A stretch of DNA of 37,630 bases from Candidatus Tectimicrobiota bacterium (lineage in GTDB: Bacteria; JACPSX01): positions 1 through 37,630 of the forward strand of contig JACPSX010000032.1 in assembly GCA_016193065.1 (NCBI GenBank), read 5' to 3'. The notes under the pieces were generated by a model. That model did not search any database. It saw nothing but the letters and a program-made list of their open reading frames with translations, and was not told where the DNA came from. A program made the position numbers and the translations under genes. Positions 18,040 to 28,961 of the stretch are shown here, piece after piece (within the stretch, counting starts at the first letter, position 1; each line of letters opens with the position of its first letter).

Positions 18040-19278
18040 ATGGGGCTGGTTGTACAAAAGTACGGGGGCACCTCGGTGGGCAACGTGGCCCGGATTCGGG
18101 ATGTGGCCAAGAAGGTGGTGGAGGCTCGGCGGGCAGGTGACGGTGTCGTGGTAGTGGTTTCCGCCATGGCCGGAGAGACCGACCGGCTCATCCGCCTGGC
18201 CCGTGAGGTGACCGAGAGACCCAACGCCCGGGAGATGGACATGCTCGTGTCCACGGGGGAGCAGGTCTCCATTGCCCTGCTGGCCATGGCCATCCAATCG
18301 CTGGGAGAGCTCGCCGAATCGTTCACCGGGGAGCAGGTGGGGATCCTGACGGACAGCGCGTACACCAAGGCCCGGATCAAGAAGATCTCGGCCGACCGCC
18401 TGCGTGAAGCCCTCAAGGAAGGAAAAATCGCCGTGGTGGCGGGCTTCCAGGGCGTAGACGAGCGCCGCAATGTGACCACCCTGGGGCGCGGCGGGTCCGA
18501 TACCACCGCCGTGGCCATGGCGGTCGCCCTGCAGGCGGATCGCTGTGAAATCTATACGGATGTGGACGGAGTTTATACGGCGGACCCGAGCATCGTGCCC
18601 GATGCGCGCCGGCTTGACAAGGTCTCTTACGAGGAGATGCTGGAGCTGGCCAGCATGGGAGCCAAGGTTTTGCAGACCCGCTCCGTCGAGTTCGCCAAAA
18701 AATATGAGATGCCGATTTTGGTAAAATCCACTTTTATGGGAGGTCAGGGGACATTGGTGACGAGAGAAGATCAAGACATGGAGCAGGTGGTGGTCTCCGG
18801 GGTCGCCTATGCGAAGGATCAAGCCAAGGTGACCGTGGTCGGAGTTCCGGATCGTCCCGGCATTGCCGCCAAGATTTTTGGACGCATTGCTGAGGAGAAC
18901 ATCGTGGTCGATATGATCATCCAAAACGTGAGCGAAAGGGGCCTCACGGACATCTCCTTCACCGTGCCCAAGTCGGATGCGATCCAGGCGCTGGAAATCG
19001 TCAAAGAGGTGGCGACGGAAATCGGGGCCCAGGAGGTAACCCTGGACGACCGGATTGCCAAGGTCTCCATCGTGGGCGTCGGGATGAGGGGGCACTCGGG
19101 GGTGGCCAGCCAGATGTTTCAAGCCCTGGCTCGGGAGAACATCAACATCATGATGATCAGCACCTCGGAGATCAAGGTGTCCTGTGTCATTGAAGCGAAG
19201 TACGCAGAGCTGGCCGTGCGGGTTCTCCATGATGCCTTCGGGCTTGGCGAAGGACGCCCGGAGGTTAAGGAGGTCTAG
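18040..19278 (+). CDS. lysC: Aspartate kinase
   Basis: [32 protein letters not shown], two ACT domains. Confidence 0.97.
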   Translation: MGLVVQKYGGTSVGNVARIRDVAKKVVEARRAGDGVVVVVSAMAGETDRLIRLAREVTERPNAREMDMLVSTGEQVSIALLAMAIQSLGELAESFTGEQVGILTDSAYTKARIKKISADRLREALKEGKIAVVAGFQGVDERRNVTTLGRGGSDTTAVAMAVALQADRCEIYTDVDGVYTADPSIVPDARRLDKVSYEEMLELASMGAKVLQTRSVEFAKKYEMPILVKSTFMGGQGTLVTREDQDMEQVVVSGVAYAKDQAKVTVVGVPDRPGIAAKIFGRIAEENIVVDMIIQNVSERGLTDISFTVPKSDAIQALEIVKEVATEIGAQEVTLDDRIAKVSIVGVGMRGHSGVASQMFQALARENINIMMISTSEIKVSCVIEAKYAELAVRVLHDAFGLGEGRPEVKEV

Positions 19279-19319
19279 GATGACCGGGATGGGCCTCCGG
19301 AGAGAGGGGGGAAGTTAGG

Positions 19320-20996
19320 ATGAGGAAGGTGAAAGTCTACGACACGACCCTGCGCGATGGCACGCAAGGGGAAGAAATCGCCTTCACGGTGGAAGACAAG
19401 GTGCGGATTGCCCAGAAGCTGGATGAGCTGGGGATCCATTACATCGAGGGGGGCTGGCCAGGATCCAACCCCAGGGACATTGAATTCTTTGCAAAGATCA
19501 AGGGCGTGCGTCTCAGACACGCCAAGGTGAGCGCTTTCGGCAGCACCCGCAGGGCCCGGACCCGACCTGCCGACGACCCCAACATCCAGGCGCTTCTGGA
19601 AGCCGGGACTTCCGTGGTCACCATCTTCGGCAAGAGCTGGGACCTGCACGTGCGGGACGCGCTGCGGGTCTCTCTGGATGAGAATGTGGCCATGATCCAG
19701 GACTCCGTGCGCTTTCTCAAAGGGAGGGTCGACGAGGTCATCTACGACGCCGAGCATTTCTTCGACGGTTACAAGCGGAACCCCGAGTACGCCCTGAGAA
19801 CCGTGCGGGCGGCGGGAGAAGCCGGCGCCGATTGCATCGTGCTGTGCGATACCAACGGCGGCACCCTCCCTGTGGAGCTCATGGAGATCTTCAAGAAGGT
19901 CAGAGCCGAGTTCAAACATCCCCTGGGGATTCACACGCATAACGACGCCGAGGTGGCTGTGGCCAATACGATATGCGCCGTGGCCATGGGGGCGGAGCAG
20001 GTCCAGGGGACCATGAACGGCTTTGGCGAGCGCTGCGGCAACGCCAATCTGTGCTCGATCATCCCCAACCTCGTGTTGAAGATGGGGATCCAGTGCGTTT
20101 CCAACGAGCAGCTCCGGCAGCTCCGCAATGTGTCCCGGTTCATCTACGAGCTTGGCAACTTGAAGCCCTGGACGCACCAGCCCTACGTGGGCAAGAGTGC
20201 TTTTGCCCACAAGGGGGGCGTGCACGTCCACGCGGTGCAGCGCAACCCGGAGACCTACGAGCACATCCGGCCGGAACTGGTGGGAAACCGGCAAAGGGTT
20301 CTGATCTCCGACCTCTCGGGGAAAAGCAACGTCGTCTACAAGGCCGAGGAGTTCAACATCGATTTTGGCAAGGATGAAGCGGCTGCCCATCGCATTTTGG
20401 CCGCACTGAAGGATCTGGAGAACAAGGGGTACCAGTACGAGGGGGCGGAAGGATCCTTTGAGCTGCTGATGAAAGAGGCTCTGGGAAAGCGCCGGAAGTT
20501 TTTTGACCTGCAGGGCTTCCGGGTCATCGTGGAGAAGCGCAACGAAAAAGAAGAGCCCCACTGCGAGGCCACCATCATGCTCCGGGTGGATGGAGTGACC
20601 GAGCATACGGCCGCGGTGGGAAACGGTCCCGTGAACGCGTTGGACAATGCCGTGCGGAAAGCTCTGGAGACCTTCTACCCCGGTCTCTCGGAGATGGAGC
20701 TCTTGGATTACAAGGTGCGCATCTTGGATGAACACAAAGGGACTCAGGCCGTGACCCGCGTCCTCATCGAGTCCGGGGACAAGGCGAGCAAGTGGGGAAC
20801 GGTCGGGGTGTCCCCGAACATCATCGAGGCGAGCTGGCAGGCGCTGCTGGACAGCATCGAGTTTAAACTGCATCGGGATGCAGAGGGCAAGTCCCCCAAG
20901 AGCAATGGGACCGTCCCGAAGAGGAAGACCTCTTCCCGGCCCAGGCGTGGGGTCGCGAGCCACCTGAGTAGGGAGGCGGAGAAGGTAGCCAAGTGA
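19320..20996 (+). CDS. cimA: Citramalate synthase
   Basis: [43 protein letters not shown]. Confidence 0.92.
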   Translation: MRKVKVYDTTLRDGTQGEEIAFTVEDKVRIAQKLDELGIHYIEGGWPGSNPRDIEFFAKIKGVRLRHAKVSAFGSTRRARTRPADDPNIQALLEAGTSVVTIFGKSWDLHVRDALRVSLDENVAMIQDSVRFLKGRVDEVIYDAEHFFDGYKRNPEYALRTVRAAGEAGADCIVLCDTNGGTLPVELMEIFKKVRAEFKHPLGIHTHNDAEVAVANTICAVAMGAEQVQGTMNGFGERCGNANLCSIIPNLVLKMGIQCVSNEQLRQLRNVSRFIYELGNLKPWTHQPYVGKSAFAHKGGVHVHAVQRNPETYEHIRPELVGNRQRVLISDLSGKSNVVYKAEEFNIDFGKDEAAAHRILAALKDLENKGYQYEGAEGSFELLMKEALGKRRKFFDLQGFRVIVEKRNEKEEPHCEATIMLRVDGVTEHTAAVGNGPVNALDNAVRKALETFYPGLSEMELLDYKVRILDEHKGTQAVTRVLIESGDKASKWGTVGVSPNIIEASWQALLDSIEFKLHRDAEGKSPKSNGTVPKRKTSSRPRRGVASHLSREAEKVAK

Positions 20997-21880
20997 CTTT
21001 CCAGGAATTGATTCTCGCCCTGCAATCCTTCTGGGCCGTCAAAGGCTGCATCCTGCAGCAGCCTTACGATATCGAAGTCGGCGCCGGGACCATGAACCCT
21101 GCCACCTTCTTGCGGGTCTTGGGACCCGAACCCTGGAAGGTGGCCTACGTTGAACCCTCGCGCCGCCCCACGGATGGCCGCTACGGCGAGAACCCCAACC
21201 GGCTGCAGCACTACTACCAGTTCCAGGTGATCCTGAAGCCTTCACCCATCGACTCCCAGGATCTCTACCTGGAGAGCCTGATGAGCTTCGGGATTGATCC
21301 CCGGGCTCACGATATCCGTTTCGTGGAGGACGATTGGGAATCCCCGACGCTGGGGGCCTGGGGGCTAGGCTGGGAGGTCTGGTTGGACGGTATGGAGATT
21401 ACCCAGTTCACTTATTTCCAGCAGGCCGGGGGCATCGACCTGAAGCCGGTCTCCTTGGAGCTGACCTACGGGATTGAACGCATCGCCATGTACCTGCAGG
21501 GGGTGGACAACGTCTACGACCTAGAATGGGCCCCCGGCATCACCTACGGGGACGTTCACCATCGCAGCGAGGTGGAGTTTTCCCGCTACAACTTCGAGGC
21601 AGCCGACATCGACATGCACTTCCAGACCTTCAGTCTTTACGAGAAGGAAGGTCTGCGCCTCATTGAGCACAGGCTCACGTTGCCGGCGTATGACTGCTGC
21701 CTGAAATGCTCTCACCTCTTCAACGTACTTGACGCCCGGGGGGCCATGAGTGTTTCCGAGCGCGCCTCCTACATCGGGCGGGTGCGGCGTCTGGCGAACT
21801 TGTGCGCCACGGGATACTTGCAGACCCGGGAAGAGATGGGCTTTCCCCTGCTGAACCGATCAGGGAAAGGAGCGCTGTGA
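20993..21880 (+). CDS. glyQ: Glycine--tRNA ligase alpha subunit
   Basis: [37 protein letters not shown]. Confidence 0.98.
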   Translation: MTFQELILALQSFWAVKGCILQQPYDIEVGAGTMNPATFLRVLGPEPWKVAYVEPSRRPTDGRYGENPNRLQHYYQFQVILKPSPIDSQDLYLESLMSFGIDPRAHDIRFVEDDWESPTLGAWGLGWEVWLDGMEITQFTYFQQAGGIDLKPVSLELTYGIERIAMYLQGVDNVYDLEWAPGITYGDVHHRSEVEFSRYNFEAADIDMHFQTFSLYEKEGLRLIEHRLTLPAYDCCLKCSHLFNVLDARGAMSVSERASYIGRVRRLANLCATGYLQTREEMGFPLLNRSGKGAL

Positions 21881-24006
21881 GCGCCGACCTGCTGCTGGAA
21901 ATTGGCACCGAAGAAATCCCCTCGCTCTATCTCCCTGCGCTCGTGGAGCAGATCCGGGAGCGCACGAGCACTCTGCTGAGCCAGGCGCGTCTCGCCTGCG
22001 CCGCCATCATCCCGATGGGGACTCCCCGCCGGATCACCCTCTGGGTGAAAGATCTGGCCGAAACACAGGAAAGCTTGCGGACCAAGGTTTTCGGCCCGCC
22101 GCGGCAGGCGGCCATGGACGCGAGCGGCCGCCCTACTCAGGCGGCCGTCGGCTTTGCGCGAGGACAGGGGGTCCCCGTTGATGCTTTGCAGGTCGAATCC
22201 ACTCCCAAAGGGGATTACGTCTTTGTCTTGAAAGAGGAGAAAGGACGGCCGAGCCGCGAGGTCCTGGCCGGGCTATTGCCGCAATGGATCTCCTCCTTGT
22301 TTTTTCCTAAAACCATGCGCTGGGGGGATGGGTCCTTCCGTTTTGTGCGACCGGTTCACTGGATCCTGGCCCTTTTGGGGCCGGAGGTGATCCCCTTTGA
22401 GATTGACGGGATTCGCAGCGGAAACCAGACCTACGGCCACCGCTTCTTGAGCCGGGGGCCCGTGGTCGTTTCCAGCCCGGATCAATACCTGCGGGTGCTG
22501 CGGGATTCCCAGGTGATCGTCGATCCGGAAGAGCGCCGGAAACTGGTGGCGCGCCAGGTTCTCGATGCGGCCTCCCGGGAGGGGGGAACCCCTCTTGAGG
22601 ACGAAGGCCTGCTCAATACCGTCACATTTCTCGTGGAGATTCCCACGGCCATCGCGGGCCATTTTAAGCCCCAGTACCTCTCTCTTCCCAAGGAAGTCCT
22701 GATCACGGCCATGGTCAAGCATCAGCGCTATTTCCCCGTGGAAAACCCGGCCGGGGAGCTGCTTCCATGCTTTGTGGCGGTGGCCAACACGGCGACCACG
22801 GATCCCCAGGCGCAACAAACGATCCGAGCGGGGAATGAGAGGGTGCTGCAGGCGCGGCTGGCCGATGCCAGCTTCTTTTTTCAGGAAGATACCCGCAAAC
22901 CCCTGGAGGGTTATCTGCCGGGTCTGGCCCGGGTGGTCTTTCAGGAAAAGCTCGGTACGCTCCAGGAAAAGGTGAGCCGGATTGCATCTCTCGTGTCGAG
23001 ATGGGCGGTCTCCTTCGCTGAGGATGTAAAAAAAGTGGCTGTGCGGGCTGCTCAGCTTTGCAAGGCTGATCTTCTCAGCCAGATGGTTTATGAGTTTCCC
23101 GAGCTGCAAGGGGTGATGGGGCGCGAGTATGCCCGCAAGTCAGGGGAGCGCGAAGAAGTCGCGCTGGCCATTTTCGAACACTATCTGCCCCGCTTCCCCG
23201 GGGACCAGATCCCCAAGTCGGCGCCGGGATGTCTCGTGGGTCTTGCGGATCGGTTGGATACACTGGTTGGATACTTCGGAGTGGGACTCGTGCCCAGCGG
23301 CTCGGAAGATCCCTTTGCCCTACGGCGGCAGGCCCAAGGGATCATCGCCATCCTGCAGGGTGGCAACCTACGCCTGGACCTGGGCCCGCTGCTCAAGGAT
23401 GCTTTGGATCTGCTCAAGGGCAAGATCACGGCGCCTGGGGACCAGGTACGGGAAGATGTCGTCTCCTTCCTGCGCCAGAGGCTCTTTGGGAATTACATGG
23501 CCCAAGGTCATCCGAGCGATGTGGTCAATGCGGTTCTTGCCGCAGGGTGGTCGGATCTCGTTCCGCTCACCGGCAAGATCGACGCGCTGAGCCGCTTTAA
23601 GACCCACCCGGAGTTTGAAGCTCTCTTCTTGACTTCGAAGCGCCTTCTCAACATTACGCGCAGTGCTCCTCCACCAGCGGGACAGGATCTGGGGCAATCT
23701 CTGCTCGTCCGTGAGGATCTGTTTGTCCAGCCGGAGGAGCGGGAGCTTTTTGATTTGGCCATGAAACTTGGGAATGAAATACAGCAGGAGATGGGAGTGG
23801 GAGACTTCGCGGCGGTGCTTGATTTGCTTCGGCAATTGAGGGGGCCGGTGGATCGCTTTTTTACGGCTGTAATGGTGATGGTGGAAGACCAGCAGATGAA
23901 GCAAAACCGCCTTGCCTTGCTGCGGCAAGTGGCGGGGCTTTTTGCGGCGATAGCGGATTTTTCCCAATTGGTATTGTCGGACCCGGCTCGCAAAGGAGCG
24001 GCGTAG
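21877..24006 (+). CDS. glyS: Glycine--tRNA ligase beta subunit
   Basis: [47 protein letters not shown] overlap with glyQ. Confidence 0.97.
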   Translation: MSADLLLEIGTEEIPSLYLPALVEQIRERTSTLLSQARLACAAIIPMGTPRRITLWVKDLAETQESLRTKVFGPPRQAAMDASGRPTQAAVGFARGQGVPVDALQVESTPKGDYVFVLKEEKGRPSREVLAGLLPQWISSLFFPKTMRWGDGSFRFVRPVHWILALLGPEVIPFEIDGIRSGNQTYGHRFLSRGPVVVSSPDQYLRVLRDSQVIVDPEERRKLVARQVLDAASREGGTPLEDEGLLNTVTFLVEIPTAIAGHFKPQYLSLPKEVLITAMVKHQRYFPVENPAGELLPCFVAVANTATTDPQAQQTIRAGNERVLQARLADASFFFQEDTRKPLEGYLPGLARVVFQEKLGTLQEKVSRIASLVSRWAVSFAEDVKKVAVRAAQLCKADLLSQMVYEFPELQGVMGREYARKSGEREEVALAIFEHYLPRFPGDQIPKSAPGCLVGLADRLDTLVGYFGVGLVPSGSEDPFALRRQAQGIIAILQGGNLRLDLGPLLKDALDLLKGKITAPGDQVREDVVSFLRQRLFGNYMAQGHPSDVVNAVLAAGWSDLVPLTGKIDALSRFKTHPEFEALFLTSKRLLNITRSAPPPAGQDLGQSLLVREDLFVQPEERELFDLAMKLGNEIQQEMGVGDFAAVLDLLRQLRGPVDRFFTAVMVMVEDQQMKQNRLALLRQVAGLFAAIADFSQLVLSDPARKGAA

Positions 24007-24047
24007 GGGGAGACGGCCGACGGCAGTCCTGCAACAGGAGGGGTTTC

Positions 24048-26705
24048 ATGTCGAAGAAATACACCTACTTTTTCGGGAACAGGGCGGCCGAGGGCGCTGC
24101 CGATATGAAAAACCTCCTGGGTGGCAAGGGGGCAAACCTGGCCGAGATGACGAACCTGGGCATCCCCGTACCCCCGGGATTCACGATCAGCACAGAGGCC
24201 TGCGCGTACTTTTACGAGAACGGGAGGGCGCATCCCCCGGGGCTCTGGGACGAAGTCCTGGAGAATTTGAAGAAGGTCGAGGCGGCCATGGGCTCGCGGT
24301 TTGGCGATCCGGGTAACCCGCTGTTGCTTTCGGTGCGGTCCGGAGCCAGAGTGTCGATGCCCGGGATGATGGACACGGTGCTGAACCTGGGGCTCAACGA
24401 CTCCACCTTGCAAGGGCTCGCCAAACGAGCCGGGAACGAGCGCTTTGCATTTGACAGCTACCGGCGCTTCATCAATATGTTCGGCGATGTCGTTTTGGGG
24501 ATGAAGCACAGCGACTTTGAAGAGATTCTTCATGGCAAGAAGAAGGCGCTGGGGGTGAAGCTCGATACGGATCTCGAGGTCGAAGCACTCAAAGAGCTGG
24601 TGGCTGCCTACAAGGAGAAGGTGCGCGCTGCCATTGGTCAAGATTTTCCTACGGACCCTCTCGAACAACTGAAAATGGCCATTGACGCGGTCTTTGCATC
24701 CTGGAATACCCCGCGGGCCGTTACTTATCGCAAGATCCACGGGATCCCACACAACTGGGGTACGGCGGTTAATGTGCAGGCCATGGTTTTCGGCAACCTG
24801 GGCGAGACCTCAGCCACTGGGGTGGCCTTCACCCGGGACCCGGGGACCGGCGACAAGCGCTTCTTCGGTGAGTTCCTGATCAATGCCCAGGGCGAGGACG
24901 TGGTGGCGGGAATCCGCACCCCGATGGCAATTTCCGAGCTCAAACAAAAGATGCCCGGGCTCTACAAGGAGCTGGAAAAGATTTATCGGAGTCTCGAGAC
25001 TCACTACCGGGACATGCAGGATATCGAATTTACCATCCAGGAGGGCCGGCTGTTCATGCTCCAGACCCGCAGCGGCAAGCGGACGGCTGCCGCCGCTGTG
25101 CGGATCGCCGTGGAGATGGTGAAGGAGGGGCTGATTTCGCGGGAGACGGCCTTGCTCCGGATCGAGCCCGAGCAGCTCGATCAGCTCCTTCATCCCACCG
25201 TGGATCCGAAAGCCAAGGTGACCGTTCTCGCCAAGGGCCTGCCGGCTTCTCCGGGGGCTGCCGTGGGCAAAGTGGTCTTTACAGCAGAGGAAGCCGAACG
25301 CCAGGCTGTAAAGGGAGAAAAAGTTGTCCTGGTCCGTGAGGAGACCTCGCCCGAGGACATTGGGGGGATGAACGCTGCTCAGGGGATCCTCACCGCACGG
25401 GGAGGAATGACCTCCCACGCGGCTGTGGTGGCCCGGGGGATGGGGAAATGTTGCGTGGCCGGCGTTGGCGATATCCGCATCGATGAGAAGAAAAAACAGT
25501 TCAACGTGAAGGGGGTCACGGTCAAAGAAGGTAATTTTATCACTCTGAACGGGAGCACGGGGGAGGTTCTCGATGGGAAAGTGAATCTGGTGCAACCCGA
25601 GCTGGGACAAAACTTTGCCACTTTGATGGAATGGGCAGACGCCGTGCGCACGTTGAAGGTCAGAACGAACGCCGACACCCCTCACGATGCCCAGGTGGCC
25701 AGGGATTTCGGCGCGGAGGGGATCGGACTGTGCCGCACGGAACACATGTTCTTTGAAGGCAACCGGATTGAAGCCGTGCGGGAAATGATTGTGGCCGGGG
25801 ACACGGCAGGACGCCGGGCGGCGCTGGCCAAGATCCTCCCCATGCAGAAAGGGGATTTCAAGGAGATCTTCCGGGTGATGAAGGATCTCCCCGTGACCAT
25901 CCGCCTCCTCGATCCACCACTGCACGAATTCCTGCCGCACACGGACCGGGAGATTGAAGATCTCTCCAAGCAGATGGGCGTGTCGGCGGAGGCGTTGCGA
26001 AACAAGGTGAGCAGCCTGAGGGAGTTCAACCCGATGCTCGGGCACCGGGGCTGCCGGCTGGGGATCAGCTTTCCGGAGATCTATGAAATGCAGGCCCAGG
26101 CCATCTTTGAGGCGGCCTGCGAGCTAGCCGCGGTGGGGTTCTCCATTGTGCCCGAGGTTATGATTCCCCTGGTGGGCCACGTCAACGAGCTTTCGATCAT
26201 TAAAGAGCAGGTCATTCAAGTGGCCGATCGAGTCATGAAGGACAAGGGGGTAAAGATCAAGTACCTCATCGGAACCATGATCGAGCTGCCTCGCGCCTGC
26301 CTCACGGCCGATCAGATCGCCCGGGACGCGGAGTTTTTCTCCTTCGGGACCAACGACTTGACCCAAACGGTTTTCGGGCTTAGCCGGGACGATGCCGGTA
26401 CGTTCCTCCCCTACTACGTCGATCAGCGGATCCTCCCCGATGACCCCTTCGTGGTCATCGACCGGCAAGGGGTGGGAGCCTTGATGTCGATCGCGGTCGA
26501 AAAAGGACGCCGGACCCGGCCCGACTTGAAGCTGGGAATCTGCGGGGAACACGGTGGGGAACCCAGTTCGGTTGAGTTCTGCCACCTGTTGGGCCTGGAA
26601 TACGTGAGCTGCTCCCCGTTCCGGGTTCCCATTGCCCGGCTGGCGGCCGCGCAGGCTGCTTTGAAACAGAGTGGGAAGGAAGCCATTCCGGAACGCGACG
26701 TCTAA
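24048..26705 (+). CDS. ppdK: Pyruvate, phosphate dikinase
   Basis: LGGKGANLAEM, GGMTSHAAVVARG, GLCRTEHMF, SFGTNDLTQ, GICGEHGG. Confidence 0.98.
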   Translation: MSKKYTYFFGNRAAEGAADMKNLLGGKGANLAEMTNLGIPVPPGFTISTEACAYFYENGRAHPPGLWDEVLENLKKVEAAMGSRFGDPGNPLLLSVRSGARVSMPGMMDTVLNLGLNDSTLQGLAKRAGNERFAFDSYRRFINMFGDVVLGMKHSDFEEILHGKKKALGVKLDTDLEVEALKELVAAYKEKVRAAIGQDFPTDPLEQLKMAIDAVFASWNTPRAVTYRKIHGIPHNWGTAVNVQAMVFGNLGETSATGVAFTRDPGTGDKRFFGEFLINAQGEDVVAGIRTPMAISELKQKMPGLYKELEKIYRSLETHYRDMQDIEFTIQEGRLFMLQTRSGKRTAAAAVRIAVEMVKEGLISRETALLRIEPEQLDQLLHPTVDPKAKVTVLAKGLPASPGAAVGKVVFTAEEAERQAVKGEKVVLVREETSPEDIGGMNAAQGILTARGGMTSHAAVVARGMGKCCVAGVGDIRIDEKKKQFNVKGVTVKEGNFITLNGSTGEVLDGKVNLVQPELGQNFATLMEWADAVRTLKVRTNADTPHDAQVARDFGAEGIGLCRTEHMFFEGNRIEAVREMIVAGDTAGRRAALAKILPMQKGDFKEIFRVMKDLPVTIRLLDPPLHEFLPHTDREIEDLSKQMGVSAEALRNKVSSLREFNPMLGHRGCRLGISFPEIYEMQAQAIFEAACELAAVGFSIVPEVMIPLVGHVNELSIIKEQVIQVADRVMKDKGVKIKYLIGTMIELPRACLTADQIARDAEFFSFGTNDLTQTVFGLSRDDAGTFLPYYVDQRILPDDPFVVIDRQGVGALMSIAVEKGRRTRPDLKLGICGEHGGEPSSVEFCHLLGLEYVSCSPFRVPIARLAAAQAALKQSGKEAIPERDV

Positions 26706-26759
26706 CGGAGCACTTCCTGCCTTGCCCACTCCCATCTCTGGAAGCGGCTCCATAGGAAA

Positions 26760-26866
26760 GGGGCCGCTTCCCGCCCTTCGCTTCCGCACCCACTTCGTGG
26801 GTACCCGCGCTTTGCGGGTGTTCCGTTGCTCCCGGCAGTTGCGCTCAGGACGGGAAAGTCGGCCCC
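26760..26866. repeat. Palindromic repeat family D, copy 1, carrying a family B element as cargo
   Basis: Arms TCCCGCCCTTCGCTTC (26769-26784) and 26823-26856 shared with 37221-37236 and 37370-37403; interior is the reverse complement of the element at 11961-12049. Confidence 0.85.
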
Positions 26867-26885
26867 CTCGGAAGAAGACTACCAT

Positions 26886-26969
26886 GTAGGGGCACCCCTG
26901 CGCCTGCCTGTGCGTGTCCTGCCTGTGCCGCCACGGCAGACAGGTCCGCACGCAGACAGGTGGGTGCCC
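26886..26969. repeat. GTAG-type REP-like hairpin with two nested CCTGCCTGTGC...GCAGACAGG elements
   Basis: GTAGGGGCACCCCTGCG [CCTGCCTGTGCGTGT [CCTGCCTGTGCCGCCACGGCAGACAGG] TCCGCACGCAGACAGG] TGGGTGCCC. Confidence 0.8.
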
Positions 26970-26996
26970 ACACAGCTAAGGTTCCACCTTGACAAG

Positions 26997-27109
26997 CACT
27001 TCCGGGCGCCGGCGGTATAGCCCGCGACTCCCGTCAGAACTCGGTTCTGGCGGGACTGAGCCGGTGAAATTCCGGAGCCGACAGTGAAAGCCTGGATGGA
27101 AGAACGGTG
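26997..27109 (+). promoter_or_regulatory. FMN riboswitch (RFN element), 5' part atypical or truncated
   Basis: CCGGCGGTATAGCCCGCGA, P4 hairpin 27029-27055, CCGGTGAAATTCCGGAGCCGACAGTGAAAGCCTGGATGGAAGAA; upstream of ribD; P2 hairpin absent. Confidence 0.88.
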
Positions 27110-27142
27110 GGAAAAAGTCCAACGGACATATGTGTCTGTCTA

Positions 27143-27173
27143 CCCGAAGGTTGGTCTCTTCGGGATTTTTTTT
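27143..27173 (+). terminator. Intrinsic terminator, riboswitch expression platform
   Basis: CCCGAAG/CTTCGGG stem followed by A and T8, between the aptamer and ribD. Confidence 0.8.
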
Positions 27174-27177
27174 GCGC

Positions 27178-28293
27178 GTGAACGATGAAGGATATATGAG
27201 ACAGGCTCTGACGTTGGCCCGGAATGGACTGGGTCTTACGAATCCCAATCCCTTGGTCGGCGCCGTCATTGTCCGCGATGGCGAGGTCGTGGGCAGCGGG
27301 TATCACCAGCGAGCGGGGTTGGAGCATGCCGAAATCCTGGCTCTGCGGATGGCCGGGGAGGCGGCGCGGGGAGCGACCCTCCACGTGAACCTTGAGCCTT
27401 GCTGCCACTCGGGAAAGACCCCGCCCTGCACCCGGGCGCTCATTGCTGCCGGCCTAAAGCGGGTTGTGGCAGGAATGGAAGACCCAAATCCTCTCGTGGC
27501 CGGCAAAGGGATTCGCGAGTTGCGGGAGGCCGGGATCGAGGTAACGGTGGGAATCCTGGAAGGGGAATGCCGCCAGCTCAACGAGGCTTTCATCAAGTAT
27601 ATCTCCACGGGTTCCCCTTTCGTCACGGCGAAAGTCGCCATGACCCTGGACGGCAAGATCGCCACTCGCACGGGCGAATCCCGCTGGATCACAGGAGAGG
27701 AAGCCCGGCGGAGGGCCCATCAGATGCGCAGTGAGGCGGACGCCGTCCTGGTCGGGAGCCGCACGGTTCAGGTCGATGATCCTGAACTGACGGTCCGCCT
27801 CCCCGGCCGGACTTGGCCCCGCCAGCCACTTCGAGTTATACTGGACTCTAAGTTATCCATCCCATTGTCATATAAAGTATTTTGTGATGGAGGGGGCACA
27901 CTGGTCGTAGGCACCGATCAGGCTTCGGCGGGGCGGCTGAGGAGCCTGGAAGAGAAAGGGATTTCCGTGCTCATTCTCCCTTCCCGGGGTGGCCGGGTGG
28001 ATCTCTCGGCCCTCGTCCGGGAGTTGGGGCGGCGTACGGTCAGCCATCTCTTGATCGAAGGAGGGGGAGAAGTCATTGGTGATGCCTTAAGCATGGGAGT
28101 TGTCGACAAGATGGTCTTCTTTATCGCTCCCAAGATTCTGGGAGGGAGGGAGGCCGTGCCCGCCGTCGGTGGCCCCGAGCTGGATCGTCTTGCGGAGGCC
28201 CGCTCGTTGAGCGATGTGATGGTGGAGCGAGTTGGAGAAGACATCCTGGTTTCCGGCTACTTCCGGCCATCGGCGACCGTGGGGGTTCATTAA
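27178..28293 (+). CDS. ribD: Bifunctional riboflavin biosynthesis deaminase/reductase
   Basis: PNPLVGAV, HAE, LEPCCH..TPPC, TLDGKIA, SRWIT, IEGGG. Start GTG 27178 or ATG 27196. Confidence 0.96.
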   Translation: MNDEGYMRQALTLARNGLGLTNPNPLVGAVIVRDGEVVGSGYHQRAGLEHAEILALRMAGEAARGATLHVNLEPCCHSGKTPPCTRALIAAGLKRVVAGMEDPNPLVAGKGIRELREAGIEVTVGILEGECRQLNEAFIKYISTGSPFVTAKVAMTLDGKIATRTGESRWITGEEARRRAHQMRSEADAVLVGSRTVQVDDPELTVRLPGRTWPRQPLRVILDSKLSIPLSYKVFCDGGGTLVVGTDQASAGRLRSLEEKGISVLILPSRGGRVDLSALVRELGRRTVSHLLIEGGGEVIGDALSMGVVDKMVFFIAPKILGGREAVPAVGGPELDRLAEARSLSDVMVERVGEDILVSGYFRPSATVGVH

Positions 28294-28294
28294 G

Positions 28295-28957
28295 ATGTTT
28301 ACGGGGATTATCGAAGAGGTGGGCACGGTGGAGCGGCTCACGCTCACGGGACAGACCGCGGTTTTGCAGGTGAAATGCCAGCGGATCTTCACTGACCTCA
28401 AAGCCGGGGACAGCATTGCGGTGAACGGGGTCTGCTTAACAGCGGTTTCCGTTTCTTCCCACGGTTTCGCAGCAGACACCTCGGCGGAGACCCTGCGTAA
28501 AACGAATCTGGGGCGGCTGAGGCCCGGGGAAACGGTCAATCTGGAGCGGCCCCTGCGCCTGGGGGCCCGCATTGGAGGGCACCTGGTGAGCGGGCATGTG
28601 GACGGGGTCGGGAGGTTGCTGGGAATTGTCCCCGAGGGGGATTCCTACCGGTTCCAATTTGAACTTCCCGCCCAGTTGGATCGTTATGTGGTGCTGGAAG
28701 GCTCCATCGCCGTGGATGGCATCAGTCTTACCGTGGCCCGCCTGCAGCCTGGTTCTTTTGAGGTGGCCGTGATCCCGTTCACACTGCGGGAAACCAATCT
28801 CGGAAGGAGGAAGCCGGGGGATCAAGTAAATCTGGAAGTGGATATGCTTGGCCGCTATGTGGAGAAGCTCCTAGCCCATAGTCGACCGAAGACGGAGCCA
28901 GAGGGGGTGAGCAAGGAACTATTAAGTAATTACGGGTTTTTAGGAGAGGAAGGTTAA
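28295..28957 (+). CDS. ribE: Riboflavin synthase (alpha chain)
   Basis: [36 protein letters not shown]. Confidence 0.97.
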   Translation: MFTGIIEEVGTVERLTLTGQTAVLQVKCQRIFTDLKAGDSIAVNGVCLTAVSVSSHGFAADTSAETLRKTNLGRLRPGETVNLERPLRLGARIGGHLVSGHVDGVGRLLGIVPEGDSYRFQFELPAQLDRYVVLEGSIAVDGISLTVARLQPGSFEVAVIPFTLRETNLGRRKPGDQVNLEVDMLGRYVEKLLAHSRPKTEPEGVSKELLSNYGFLGEEG

Positions 28958-28961
28958 GGTA

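Noticed and set aside
17993..18040. Absence of thrB/thrC between hom and lysC
   Set aside because: These genes may simply lie elsewhere in the genome; there is no remnant in the 46-nt gap.
26989..27021. Canonical promoter TTGACA...TATAGC for the rib operon
   Set aside because: Spacer is 21 nt and TATAGC is the conserved riboswitch L3 loop.
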